Assembly (NCBI GenBank): GCA_963662335.2
Contig: CAXXVD010000001.1
Span: forward strand, 192,001 to 256,000
Direction of reading: 5' to 3'
From: Chloroflexota bacterium
GTDB taxonomy: Bacteria > Chloroflexota > UBA11872 > VXOZ01
DNA length: 64,000 nucleotides
Made by a program: the position numbers and the translations under genes
The notes under the pieces: generated by a model
What the model saw: the letters and a program-made list of their open reading frames with translations, nothing else
What the model was told of the DNA's origin: nothing
Databases searched by the model: none
In this document: one piece after another, positions 39,787-49,111 of the stretch
Numbering within the stretch: the first letter of the stretch is position 1
Layout of the letters: the number at the start of each line of letters is the position of its first letter

Positions 39787-40085
39787 CGCGCTTCTCCTCT
39801 TCCACCCGGCACACCCTATTGTGCCGTCGTTAGCCCTTGGGAGGGATTTGCCTACACAGGCCCTTCTGATGCGCGGCATGCCCGTCACGCGCCCAAGATC
39901 CATTGGCGCAGGGAGCGCACGCCAGGGTGAATTCGCAGTGCATTCATGCCCGCAGCGGTGCGGTAGCAGCCACAGGCTTCCGTAATTCCACCAAGCTCTA
40001 GCGCCGCTTGCCGCATTTCGCTACAGTATAGGCAGGCACGAATGGCGCGGCGAAGCCTGCGGCTTTCTCCGGCGGAGAGGAGGGT

Positions 40086-40550
40086 TTGCTCGTGAGCGTG
40101 TGGGGTAGGATACTTGTCGTCTGCATAGTGTTGGCGGTAGTGAGCGCCTGCGGCGACTCTGCTGAGGAAGAGGTAGTCCCCACGCCAGCGTCCGCGACTG
40201 AGACTCAATCCTCGCCCACTGCCGAGGCCGTTACGGAAGCGGAGCCAACGGCAACACCGACACCGGCGCCTGACGCCGCGCCCACGCCCGCGGTTGAGGC
40301 TGACGCCGGCACAGATGCCGCGCAGCAGGAGCCCGCGCCCACACAGGCGCAGAGCATCATCTTCTACGACCTCACGGCCATCGAGAAGACCTGTCCGGGC
40401 TACCAGGAGTTCACCGGCTTCCGGCAGACCGTTTCTCAGGTGAAGATTACGTGCACGAGCCCCGGCGTGGAGACGGTCTACTTCGTGGACTTGGATAACC
40501 TGGTAGTGACGGGCATCCGGGTGCCGCTGCTGGAACCGGAAATGCCGTAG
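40086..40550 (+). CDS. Hypothetical lipoprotein, paralog 1 of a tandem triplet
   Basis: VSAC lipobox, Pro/Thr/Ala linker, C-terminal two-Cys domain shared with the next two ORFs. Confidence 0.75.
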   Translation: MLVSVWGRILVVCIVLAVVSACGDSAEEEVVPTPASATETQSSPTAEAVTEAEPTATPTPAPDAAPTPAVEADAGTDAAQQEPAPTQAQSIIFYDLTAIEKTCPGYQEFTGFRQTVSQVKITCTSPGVETVYFVDLDNLVVTGIRVPLLEPEMP

Positions 40551-40601
40551 TCGCGCGGCGCAAGACTGGTAGGCGACCGCGATAGCGCGCGAGGGCGTGT
40601 C

Positions 40602-40991
40602 GTGAAATTGCCGCTCGGGCTCCTCCTTGTAATCCTCATCGCGGCGCTGTGCGGCTGTGGCGGGCAGCCGGCGGCGGAAGCCACGCCGCCGCCCAGTCCC
40701 ATGCAGGCGCCCCAGCCCACGCCGTCGCCCGCGCTTGCGCTTGGTCTGCGGAAGCAGGGCATCGTCTTTCACGATCTCACCCAGGGCGAACGGGACTGCC
40801 CCGGATTGGTGGAGATTCTGGCCCCGCAGGAGGTCTCGCCGGACGGGGCATCCGACTCGCCGGCGGAAGTGGTGCGGCAGGTGCGGCTCATCTGCACGTA
40901 TGAGGACAAGGGCACGGTTTACGTGGTTGATCTGGCGAATCAGACCGTGACCGTCACCCGCAAGCCGCCGCCCGTGCCGGGGATGCCGTAA
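40602..40991 (+). CDS. Hypothetical lipoprotein, paralog 2
   Basis: LCGC lipobox, Pro-rich linker, shared two-Cys domain with an internal insertion. Confidence 0.75.
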   Translation: MKLPLGLLLVILIAALCGCGGQPAAEATPPPSPMQAPQPTPSPALALGLRKQGIVFHDLTQGERDCPGLVEILAPQEVSPDGASDSPAEVVRQVRLICTYEDKGTVYVVDLANQTVTVTRKPPPVPGMP

Positions 40992-40995
40992 GCCA

Positions 40996-41355
40996 ATGGT
41001 CGCGCTTTCTCGCTGCGGAATCCTGCTCTTGAGCCTTGCGCTCGCGCTGTCCGGCTGCCGGAGCGCGCCGCAAGCGTCAACACCCGTGCCGACACCGACC
41101 GTGGGGCTCATCCAACCGCAGGCGCCGACCCGCGCGGAACGGCCTTGGCCGGAAGGCGTGCTCTTCTACGAGATCGAGGAGCCGGAACAGGCCTGCCTCG
41201 GCTACCAGGAGTACCTCTCGTTTAGCGAAACCATCACGCAGATCAAGATCGTCTGCACGCAAGCGGGCGTCGAGACCGTCTACTTCATCGACACGGAGAA
41301 GCAGACGGTAACCGTGGTGCGCATACCCATACCGCTGATCAAGCCGCAAGAGTAG
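40996..41355 (+). CDS. Hypothetical lipoprotein, paralog 3
   Basis: LSGC lipobox, PTPT linker, shared two-Cys domain. Confidence 0.75.
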   Translation: MVALSRCGILLLSLALALSGCRSAPQASTPVPTPTVGLIQPQAPTRAERPWPEGVLFYEIEEPEQACLGYQEYLSFSETITQIKIVCTQAGVETVYFIDTEKQTVTVVRIPIPLIKPQE

Positions 41356-41473
41356 GTGTGTTCAGCGGTGTGGGGGCGGAGAAAGTATAGCAGCTAGCGG
41401 GTAGACGCGATTTCCGCGCTGAGGGATAGCGCTGCCGCCTACACCCATCCACCATTGCACAGCGATCGGACTG

Positions 41474-42325
41474 CTAGAGTCTGCCGCCGCTCTCCGCCGC
41501 GACGAGCACACGCCGGATGTCGTCGGCAAACGTGACTTCCGAGTCATCCTGCGGCGCGTAGCCGATGACCTTGCGCGCGTTGGCGATGCTCCAGAAGGCG
41601 CGGGCGTTGTTGGAGACGCCGTAGAAGATTTGGAACGGGACGCCGTGTTCGTTGGTAATGTCCGGCGTCTCGATTGACTTCACGAAGAGTTGTTGCAGGT
41701 CGCGGGGGCTGATATACGCGCCCAGGTTGCGCTTGTAGCCGGTGAAGTCCGCCGCCGCCGTTGCCGCCGGTATCGGCCGCGGCGCGCCGATGCGTATCTG
41801 CACGATTTCCAGCGCCCGCCCGTACCCGCCGGTGGCAAAGAGAAACCCCAGGTGCTCGTAGCAGGCTTTGGCCCAGCCGTAGTAGTTGTCCGAGAGCGGC
41901 GGCGCGGTCACGTCCAGCATCTCCATTTTGCGCTGCCGCAGCAGGTGTTCGTACCAATCGGCGGCGTGATTGGAACTCGCGACCACCACCCGCCGCGCGC
42001 CTTCTTCCCGCGCGGTCTGGTAGACGTGGAAGGCCAGGTCGAGATTGGCGCGCTCCGAATAGTAGTCGCCGTCGTTCATGGAGCGCCCCACCTTATAGTT
42101 GAACGCCAGGTGCACCACCGCGTCCGCCCCTGCAAAGAAGCGGCGGTACGTCTCCCGGTCCGGGTCGCGCAGGTCGGTGAGGGTGATTCCCTCCACCGGC
42201 GCGCCGTCCCGGGTTGTGTCCCGCGTATCCAGCAGCACCAGGTCGTACCGCTCCCGGAACGCGGGCAGAAGCTGTGACGCCACGTAGCCCGCGGCGCCGG
42301 TCACGACCACTTTCAAACGCGCCAT
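41474..42325 (-). CDS. NAD-dependent epimerase/dehydratase, uronate-dehydrogenase-like
   Basis: VTGAAGYVA, VVHLA, ASSNHA, YYGWAK, IRIG, YISPRDL, YGVSNN. Confidence 0.8.
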   Translation of the reverse strand: MARLKVVVTGAAGYVASQLLPAFRERYDLVLLDTRDTTRDGAPVEGITLTDLRDPDRETYRRFFAGADAVVHLAFNYKVGRSMNDGDYYSERANLDLAFHVYQTAREEGARRVVVASSNHAADWYEHLLRQRKMEMLDVTAPPLSDNYYGWAKACYEHLGFLFATGGYGRALEIVQIRIGAPRPIPAATAAADFTGYKRNLGAYISPRDLQQLFVKSIETPDITNEHGVPFQIFYGVSNNARAFWSIANARKVIGYAPQDDSEVTFADDIRRVLVAAESGGRL

Positions 42326-42346
42326 GCGATCTTGCTCCTTGTTTCG

Positions 42347-43396
42347 CTACGCCAGCGAGACCATTTGGCCGGTATCGCCCGACTCGTAGATCGCGTCCAC
42401 AATGCGCTGCACCGTCAGCGCCTCTTCCGCTTTCACCAGCGGCGGCGTGCCCTCTTTCACATTCTTGACAACTTGGGCAAACTGGCCTTCGTGATTGTGC
42501 TCCTTGCCTTCTTCATGCCCCGGCGTGCTGTCCAGCAAGCCCACGTGCGGCACCTCTTTGAAGATCTTGAGAGGTCGCAGCGTCGCGCCGCCTTCGGTGC
42601 CGCAGAGATAGGCGTTGACTTCATTCGCGATGTTAAGCGCCCAACTGGTCTCCAGATTGATCACCGCGCCGGTGTCGAAGCGGATTTGCGCCGTGGTGAA
42701 GTCCTCAACCGTGTACCGCTCTTGGTCCGCCTCTCTGCCGCGCGTAAACAAGCCGGGCCGCTTTGCCAGTTTCGTGAAGACCGCGCCGGTCACCGCCGTC
42801 GGTTTGGGGTGCCCCATGAGCCACAACGTCAGGTCGAGGGTGTGCACGCCGATGTCGATGAGCGGCCCACCGCCGTTCTTGTCCTTCTCCACGAAGACGC
42901 CCCACCAGGGAATGCCGCGCCGCCGCAGCGCCAGCACGCGCGCGTAATAGATTTCGCCCAGTTCGCCTTGTTCGATGAGATGCTTGAGAAACTGCGCCCG
43001 CTCGCCAAAGCGCGACTGGAAGCCGATCGTCAGCATCTTGTCGTTCCGCTTGGCGGCGGCGATCATCTCCTCGCACTCGGCGGCGTTCATCGCCATGGGC
43101 TTCTCGCAGATGACGTTGGCGCCGGCATTTAGCGCCGCCACGGTCGCGTCCCGGTGCATGAAAGGCGGCGTGCAGACGCTCACCAGGTCCAGGTCTTCCT
43201 TGGCGACCATCTCGTTGAAGTCGGCGTAGACCGCGCCGACGCCAAATTCGTCCGCCACGTCCCGCGCGCGGGGCACGTCCACGTCGCTGATGGCGACCAC
43301 CGTCGCTTCCTCGGGAATCTTCGCGTACCCCGGCAGATGGGCGCCGCGGGCTATGCCGCCGGCGCCGATGACACCGACCCGCACCTTGCTGCTCAT
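42347..43396 (-). CDS. Gfo/Idh/MocA oxidoreductase
   Basis: GVIGAGGIA, CEKPMA, GGGPLIDIGVH. Confidence 0.92.
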   Translation of the reverse strand: MSSKVRVGVIGAGGIARGAHLPGYAKIPEEATVVAISDVDVPRARDVADEFGVGAVYADFNEMVAKEDLDLVSVCTPPFMHRDATVAALNAGANVICEKPMAMNAAECEEMIAAAKRNDKMLTIGFQSRFGERAQFLKHLIEQGELGEIYYARVLALRRRGIPWWGVFVEKDKNGGGPLIDIGVHTLDLTLWLMGHPKPTAVTGAVFTKLAKRPGLFTRGREADQERYTVEDFTTAQIRFDTGAVINLETSWALNIANEVNAYLCGTEGGATLRPLKIFKEVPHVGLLDSTPGHEEGKEHNHEGQFAQVVKNVKEGTPPLVKAEEALTVQRIVDAIYESGDTGQMVSLA

Positions 43397-43488
43397 TGCA
43401 TGCTCCTCGTTCAGCTTCAGGCCGATTGCGTTTCTCTAGTATACATTGACGCCGCCCAGACCGCCGCCGTACGATGAAAAGAGCACCA

Positions 43489-44673
43489 ATGAAGGGACGT
43501 TACGTGATTCTCCTGGCCGGCGGTACCGTCTACACCCCGCTGCAAGAACTTCCGCAGACCGGCGTTGCCATCGACGCGGGCCGCATCGCGCGCGTGGCGC
43601 CCGCCGCAGACTGCGCCGACCTTGCCGGAACTGCTGAAACAATCGACGTATCCGGCTGCATCGTCTGTCCCGGCTTCATCGACATGCACGTGCACGGCGC
43701 TTTGGGGGCGTCGTTCGGCGCCGGCGACGTGGCGGACGTCCACCGCATTACGGACTACCGCGCGCAGACGGGCACGACCGGACTCCTGGCTACGATTGGC
43801 ACCGCTTCTTGGGACGACACGGTCGCGGCATTGCGGGCCGTGGCGCAGGCTGCTTCCGCGCCGGCCGGCAGCCGCGTGCTTGGCGTCCACATGGAAGGCC
43901 CGTACCTCAGTCCCGAACGCCCTGGCGCGATGCGTGTGCCGCTCATGCGCGCGCCTGACCCGGATGAGGTCTCCTTGCTTCAGGACATCGCGCGCGGCAT
44001 GATAAAGGTGATGACCGTCGCGCCGGAGCGGGAAGGCGGCCTGGCGTTGGTGGAACACCTTGCCAAGCTGGGCATCGTGCCTGCCATCGGCCACTCCGAC
44101 GCCACGTTCGACCAGGTAGCGGCGGCGGTGCGCAGCGGCGCAAGCCAGGCCACGCACACCTTCAACGCCATGCGCCCGCTGCACCACCGCGACCCCGGCA
44201 CGGTCGGCGGCGTGCTGGCGCATCCGCAGATTACAGCCGAATTGATTGGCGACGGCGCGCACGTTGACCCCCAGGCGGGCAAACTGCTCATCGCGGCGAA
44301 AGGCTGGGAGCGCGTGGCGCTGGTCACCGACGGCGTGGAGTTTTCCGGCCTGGAGCCGGGCACGTATGAGCGGAAGAGCGGCGCTACGGTAACGGTCTCG
44401 GACGTGCTCGCCACCCGCGACGATGGTACGATAACCGGGAGCGCCTCGCCCATGAATCGAAACGTGCGGGTGTACGCGGAGACCGGCGTGCCGCTGCCCC
44501 ACGCGCTCGCCATGGCGAGTTTCGTGCCGGCGCGACAACTGGGCTTCGGCAATCGCAAAGGGACGATACGCCCCGGCGCGGACGCCGACGTGGCCGTGCT
44601 CAGCCAGGACTTTCAGGTGATGCTGACGATAATCGGCGGCGAGATTGCGTACCGCGCGGCGGAACTAGCGTAG
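43489..44673 (+). CDS. nagA: N-acetylglucosamine-6-phosphate deacetylase
   Basis: PGFIDMHVHG, HMEGPYL, TVAPE, GHSDA, THTFNAM, DGAHV, LVTD. Confidence 0.93.
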   Translation: MKGRYVILLAGGTVYTPLQELPQTGVAIDAGRIARVAPAADCADLAGTAETIDVSGCIVCPGFIDMHVHGALGASFGAGDVADVHRITDYRAQTGTTGLLATIGTASWDDTVAALRAVAQAASAPAGSRVLGVHMEGPYLSPERPGAMRVPLMRAPDPDEVSLLQDIARGMIKVMTVAPEREGGLALVEHLAKLGIVPAIGHSDATFDQVAAAVRSGASQATHTFNAMRPLHHRDPGTVGGVLAHPQITAELIGDGAHVDPQAGKLLIAAKGWERVALVTDGVEFSGLEPGTYERKSGATVTVSDVLATRDDGTITGSASPMNRNVRVYAETGVPLPHALAMASFVPARQLGFGNRKGTIRPGADADVAVLSQDFQVMLTIIGGEIAYRAAELA

Positions 44674-44678
44674 GGACA

Positions 44679-45629
44679 GTGAGCATGACCGGCATCGGCA
44701 TCGACATTGGCGGCACCAAAGTCGCCGCCGGCCTCGTGGATGCCAGCGGCGGCATCCTGGCCACCGCCCGCGCGCCCATCGCCAAAGACTCCCACGCCAC
44801 GATTATGGAGAGTATCTGCGCGGTTGTCGACGACCTGCTCGGCCAGGCGAGCGAGCAGCCAAGCGCGATCGGCATCGCCGTGCCCGGCACGGTGGACCGG
44901 GAGCGCGGCATCGCCGTGTCTGCCGTAAACGTCGGTTGGAAGAACCTGCCGCTGGTTTCCCTCTTGCAAGAGCGCTACGGCCTGCCCGGCGTGATCGCCA
45001 ATGACGCCAACGCCGGCGCGTGGGGCGAGTATGCGTTTGGCGCCGGCAAAGACAACGAGAACCTGGTCTACGTCACCGTTGGCACCGGCATTGGCGGCGG
45101 CATCATCGAAGCCGGACGGGTGGTGCGCGGCAGCGGCGCCGCCGGCGAGATCGGCCACATCCTGGTGCAGCCGGGCGGCCCGCTCTGCAACTGCGGCGTG
45201 CGCGGCTGTTTGGAATCGCTGGCCGCCGGGCCCGGCATCGCCCGCCGGGGACGGGAAGCCGCCACGCGGGAACCCACCGAGACGGTGCTGCGCCTCACGG
45301 ACGGCAACCTCGACAACCTGACCAGCGTCACCGTGCGCGACGCCGCCGCGGCGGGCGACCCGGTGATGCGGCAGGTGCGCGACGACACCGCCCGCTGGCT
45401 GGCGATCGGCTGCCAGATCTGCCAGCAACTCTTCGCGCCGGAGTGCATCGTGTTCGGCGGCGGCGTGATGCAGGACGGCGGAGACTTGATCCAGGGAATA
45501 CGCGCGTGGTTTCAACGGCTGGCCGGCAGCGAACATCCCGATATAGAGTCTTTCATCCGTCTCGCGGCGGTGGACGAGCACGCCGGCATCCTGGGCGCGG
45601 CGGCGCTTGTGCTCCAGCCGGAGGACTAG
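44679..45629 (+). CDS. ROK-family sugar kinase
   Basis: GIDIGGTK, NDANA, GTGIGGG, GEIGH, CNCGVRGCLE. Confidence 0.92.
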   Translation: MSMTGIGIDIGGTKVAAGLVDASGGILATARAPIAKDSHATIMESICAVVDDLLGQASEQPSAIGIAVPGTVDRERGIAVSAVNVGWKNLPLVSLLQERYGLPGVIANDANAGAWGEYAFGAGKDNENLVYVTVGTGIGGGIIEAGRVVRGSGAAGEIGHILVQPGGPLCNCGVRGCLESLAAGPGIARRGREAATREPTETVLRLTDGNLDNLTSVTVRDAAAAGDPVMRQVRDDTARWLAIGCQICQQLFAPECIVFGGGVMQDGGDLIQGIRAWFQRLAGSEHPDIESFIRLAAVDEHAGILGAAALVLQPED

Positions 45630-45642
45630 ACGGCGGGTCGAA

Positions 45643-46098
45643 GTGAGGGAGAGACCCGGTCTTGCGCTTGCGGCACGCATCATGCTGGCGGCGCTTGCCA
45701 TTGCGGCCCTGGCCGCCTGCAACCCGCGCGGCGAACAGCCCGGCAATCTGGACGTGACTGTCGTTTCCGTTTCACCGCAGCCGGCGGCGGTGGGTGACGC
45801 GGAAATCACACTGGCAGTCCGCGACGCCGACGGCAACCCGCTGGAGGGCGCGACGCTCGAGGTGGAAGGCACGATGACCCACGCCGGCATGAGGCCCGTC
45901 ATCGTGGCCACCGAGTCTCTCGGCGCAGGCACATACGTCACCCAGGGCTTCACGTTCACCATGGGCGGCGACTGGGTCATCATCGTGCGCGCCACCCTCG
46001 CCGACGGCAGCACGGCGGAACAGCGCGTCGCTTTGAAAGGCGTCCAGGGCGAGATTCAGATGGACACGAGATCCGAAAAAGCCAAGGAGAGCAACTGA
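45643..46098 (+). CDS. FixH/YtkA-like lipoprotein
   Basis: LAAC lipobox; GTMTHAGMRP and FTMGGDW motifs. Start uncertain (45643 or 45682). Confidence 0.7.
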   Translation: MRERPGLALAARIMLAALAIAALAACNPRGEQPGNLDVTVVSVSPQPAAVGDAEITLAVRDADGNPLEGATLEVEGTMTHAGMRPVIVATESLGAGTYVTQGFTFTMGGDWVIIVRATLADGSTAEQRVALKGVQGEIQMDTRSEKAKESN

Positions 46099-46100
46099 GC

Positions 46101-47690
46101 GTGGCTGCGGCGCGGACCCAGCCGTCGGGCCGGCGCGATCTCCTCGACGTGCCCGTAGTCGGGCGCTTTCTCCGCTGGAAGCACGCCCGCACGTCCATGC
46201 AGGCCGTGCTGCTGGCGGTTTCGGCCCTGATACTCTACGACGGCTTCTGGGGTCCGCAGCTTGCGCCCAAGAATCTCGCCGGTGTGCTCCCCTGGGTGCA
46301 CTGGCGCGGTTTCGCGGTGCTGGCGCTGCTGATCGCGGGCAACCTCTTCTGCATGGCCTGCCCGTTCATGCTGCCGCGCCGCCTGGCCAAGCGGCTCCTG
46401 CCCGCCAACCGCGCCTGGCCGCAGTTCATCCGCAGCAAGTGGCTGGCAATCGGCCTGCTCTTGCTCTTCTTCTGGGCCTACGAAGCGTACGACATCTGGG
46501 CCAGTCCCTGGCTGACCGCGTGGGTGGCGCTGGCCTACTTTGCCGCCGCCTTTGCCATCGACGGCATCTTCAAAGGCGCGGCCTTCTGCAAGTACGTCTG
46601 CCCCATCGGCCAGTTCCACTTCGTCAACGGGATGGTCTCGCCGCTGGAAGTCAAGGTGCGCCAACCTTCGATCTGCGGCTCGTGCCCGACGAAAGACTGC
46701 ATCAAGGGGCGGTACGCTCCGCGGTCCCAACTGCGTACCCTCCGTCATTCCGGCGAAAGCCGGAATCCATCTTCCGGCACACAGCTTCCTCGAGCCGCTG
46801 CACCCACCCCGTCCCAAACACCCGCCAAGTCTTCAACAGACGTCTCAACCCCTGCCGGCCTCCAGCTCGTCCAAACCGGCTGCGAACTCTGGCTCTTCCA
46901 GGAGCGCAAGTCCGGCAACATGGACTGCACCTTCTGCCTGGACTGCATCCAGGCCTGCCCATATGACAACGTGGGCATCCAACTGCGCGCTCCCACCAGC
47001 GAATTCCGCCGCCTGGACGCCTGGCGCTCCGGCGTCGGCGCGGCGGCGCAGCGCACCGACCTCGCGGCCCTGGTGGTCGTGCTCGTGTTCGCGGCCTTCG
47101 TGAACGCCTTTGGCATGGCGCCGCCGGTCTACGATCTGGAGCTGTGGCTCGCCGCGCAAATCGGCGTCGGCAGTGAGCCTGTCGTGCTTGCCGTGCTCTT
47201 CATAGCGGGCCTGGTGGCGTTGCCCTTTGCGCTGGTGGCGTCAGCGGCGTGGTGCAGCCGCGCCTTGGCCGGCGGCCCGGAATCAGTGGCGGCCACGGCC
47301 ACCCGCTACAGCTATGCGCTCGTGCCTATCGGCTTCGGCATGTGGCTGGCGCACTACGGCTTCCACTTCCTCATTGGCGCGCTAACGGCCATTCCCGTGA
47401 CGCAGAGCTTCCTGGCGGATTTCGGCATTCCCATTCTCGGCGCGCCGCAGTGGGAGTTGGCGGCCATTGTGCCCGATAGCTGGCTCGTGCCCCTCGAACT
47501 CCTGCTGCTGGAACTGGGCATGCTGGTCTCGTTGACGGTCGGCTACCGCATCGCGAGAGAACACCAACGCTCGGCGTCCGGCGCCGTCCGCGCGCTTGCG
47601 CCGTGGGCCGTGCTCATCGTGGCCCTCTTCGCCGTTGGCGCGTGGTTGATGATGCAGCCGATGGAAATGCGCGGCACGATGTTGGGGTAG
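46101..47690 (+). CDS. Multi-pass membrane protein with 4Fe-4S binding motifs (FesM/NapH-like)
   Basis: FCMACPF, FCKYVCPIG, CGSCPTKDC, CTFCLDCIQACP, many TM helices. Confidence 0.8.
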   Translation: MAAARTQPSGRRDLLDVPVVGRFLRWKHARTSMQAVLLAVSALILYDGFWGPQLAPKNLAGVLPWVHWRGFAVLALLIAGNLFCMACPFMLPRRLAKRLLPANRAWPQFIRSKWLAIGLLLLFFWAYEAYDIWASPWLTAWVALAYFAAAFAIDGIFKGAAFCKYVCPIGQFHFVNGMVSPLEVKVRQPSICGSCPTKDCIKGRYAPRSQLRTLRHSGESRNPSSGTQLPRAAAPTPSQTPAKSSTDVSTPAGLQLVQTGCELWLFQERKSGNMDCTFCLDCIQACPYDNVGIQLRAPTSEFRRLDAWRSGVGAAAQRTDLAALVVVLVFAAFVNAFGMAPPVYDLELWLAAQIGVGSEPVVLAVLFIAGLVALPFALVASAAWCSRALAGGPESVAATATRYSYALVPIGFGMWLAHYGFHFLIGALTAIPVTQSFLADFGIPILGAPQWELAAIVPDSWLVPLELLLLELGMLVSLTVGYRIAREHQRSASGAVRALAPWAVLIVALFAVGAWLMMQPMEMRGTMLG

Positions 47691-47750
47691 GGAGACCATG
47701 GTCGCACGCTGCGGCGCAGTGCACGTACGGGGGACAAGGGGCAAGATTTA

Positions 47751-47978
47751 GTGAAAGGTTGGGGCTTGAGTCGCTTGCGAACCGCGATGCAGGCCGCCGC
47801 ACGGCGGCGCGGCAATCATCAGCGCCTATTCGCGGCGCCCCTGCTGCTGCCGGCGCACGGCGCGTTGGGCGTGTGGGACGAGGTAGCCGTGGGCGCGCTG
47901 CTGGTGGGCTGCGCAATCGCCTACGCGGTATGGTTCTACATCAGCGGACGCAATGAGAAGCCCGACGACACCGATTAG
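47751..47978 (+). CDS. Small single-TM hypothetical protein
   Basis: AHGALGVWDE followed by a TM helix and acidic tail; co-oriented with the Fe-S gene. Start uncertain. Confidence 0.4.
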   Translation: MKGWGLSRLRTAMQAAARRRGNHQRLFAAPLLLPAHGALGVWDEVAVGALLVGCAIAYAVWFYISGRNEKPDDTD

Positions 47979-48074
47979 GCGCTGCTCGTCTAAGGGCCTG
48001 CTTATAATCGCCTTGACTGCACAAGCAACGTTCGCCCTGAGCCTGTCGAAGGGTGAACGAGACCGCCGCAAACG

Positions 48075-48983
48075 CTATTCGTCCGCCGTCAATTGCCGCA
48101 CCGGCGTTACAAGCAGTCCAATCTCGCCGATCTCGATCTCCACCACGTCGCCGGCTCGCAGCGCCGCCTCTTCCGTCACGATGATGCCCGTGCCCGTGCT
48201 CACCACCGTGCCCACCGGCGCCGGGTTATTGCGCACCAGGTACGCCGTCAGCGTCTCGAACGGATGCCGTATCTGGTCGGTATTCGCCGAGCCAGCAAAT
48301 ATCACCGCGCCGTCGCGGCGGATGCGCGCCGTAATCTCCAGGTGATACGGATCGGTAATCTCACCGGTAGTCACCAGCGTCGGCCCAAGAGCGGTACAAC
48401 CCAGGAAGATCTTGGACTGGGGCAGATAGAGCGGGTTCTCGCGTTCGATGTCCCACGCCGAGACGTCATCGCAAATAGTGTAGCCGATGATCTCGTTGTC
48501 GTAGCCGAGCACGTAGGCCAATTCCGGTTCCGGGGCCGTGAAGCGAGAGTCGACGCGGATGCCGATCGGCTCGCCGGGCCCGGCGCAGTGTTGCGTATCG
48601 CCCTTGTAGAAGATTTCCGGCCGCTCCGATTGGTAGACCTTGTCGTAGATGCCCATTGGCCCTTCCATGTCGGCGTCGCGGAACTCGGCGCTGCGCCGGT
48701 AGGTCACGCCGCAGCCCCACACCTGCGGCGGAAAGAGCGGCATGGTGAGCCGGGGTTCGCCCGGTTCCAGGAGTTCCTCGTAGGCGTGCGCCCCGCCCGT
48801 TGCCTCAGCCAGCCGGTCCGCGAGCACGTCATCCAGCGAGCGCCGCTGCCGGTGAGCCTCGTCCACGAAGTCAAGAGTCGTCGTCAGTTCCTGCGCAGGA
48901 TCAGTTATGTCGGTTACCCGTCCGTCCTCTACCACACCCACCCGCACGCTATTGTCTACTTCATAGAATTGGACCAGTTTCAC
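48075..48983 (-). CDS. Fumarylacetoacetate hydrolase family, 2-keto-3-deoxypentonate dehydratase-like
   Basis: VWGCGVTY, RPEIFYKG, PEPEL, DVSAWDIERENPLYLPQSK, STGTGI. Confidence 0.85.
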   Translation of the reverse strand: MKLVQFYEVDNSVRVGVVEDGRVTDITDPAQELTTTLDFVDEAHRQRRSLDDVLADRLAEATGGAHAYEELLEPGEPRLTMPLFPPQVWGCGVTYRRSAEFRDADMEGPMGIYDKVYQSERPEIFYKGDTQHCAGPGEPIGIRVDSRFTAPEPELAYVLGYDNEIIGYTICDDVSAWDIERENPLYLPQSKIFLGCTALGPTLVTTGEITDPYHLEITARIRRDGAVIFAGSANTDQIRHPFETLTAYLVRNNPAPVGTVVSTGTGIIVTEEAALRAGDVVEIEIGEIGLLVTPVRQLTADE

Positions 48984-49111
48984 GCTAACTCTCCTCCATT
49001 GACAGTTGGCTTCCCGCTTGCGCGGGAAACACGGACTGGAAGCGACTACGCAAGGGACATTATATGTCCTAGAAAGGCACTATCCTGGTAAGGGCGCTTG
49101 CGCGCGTGTCC

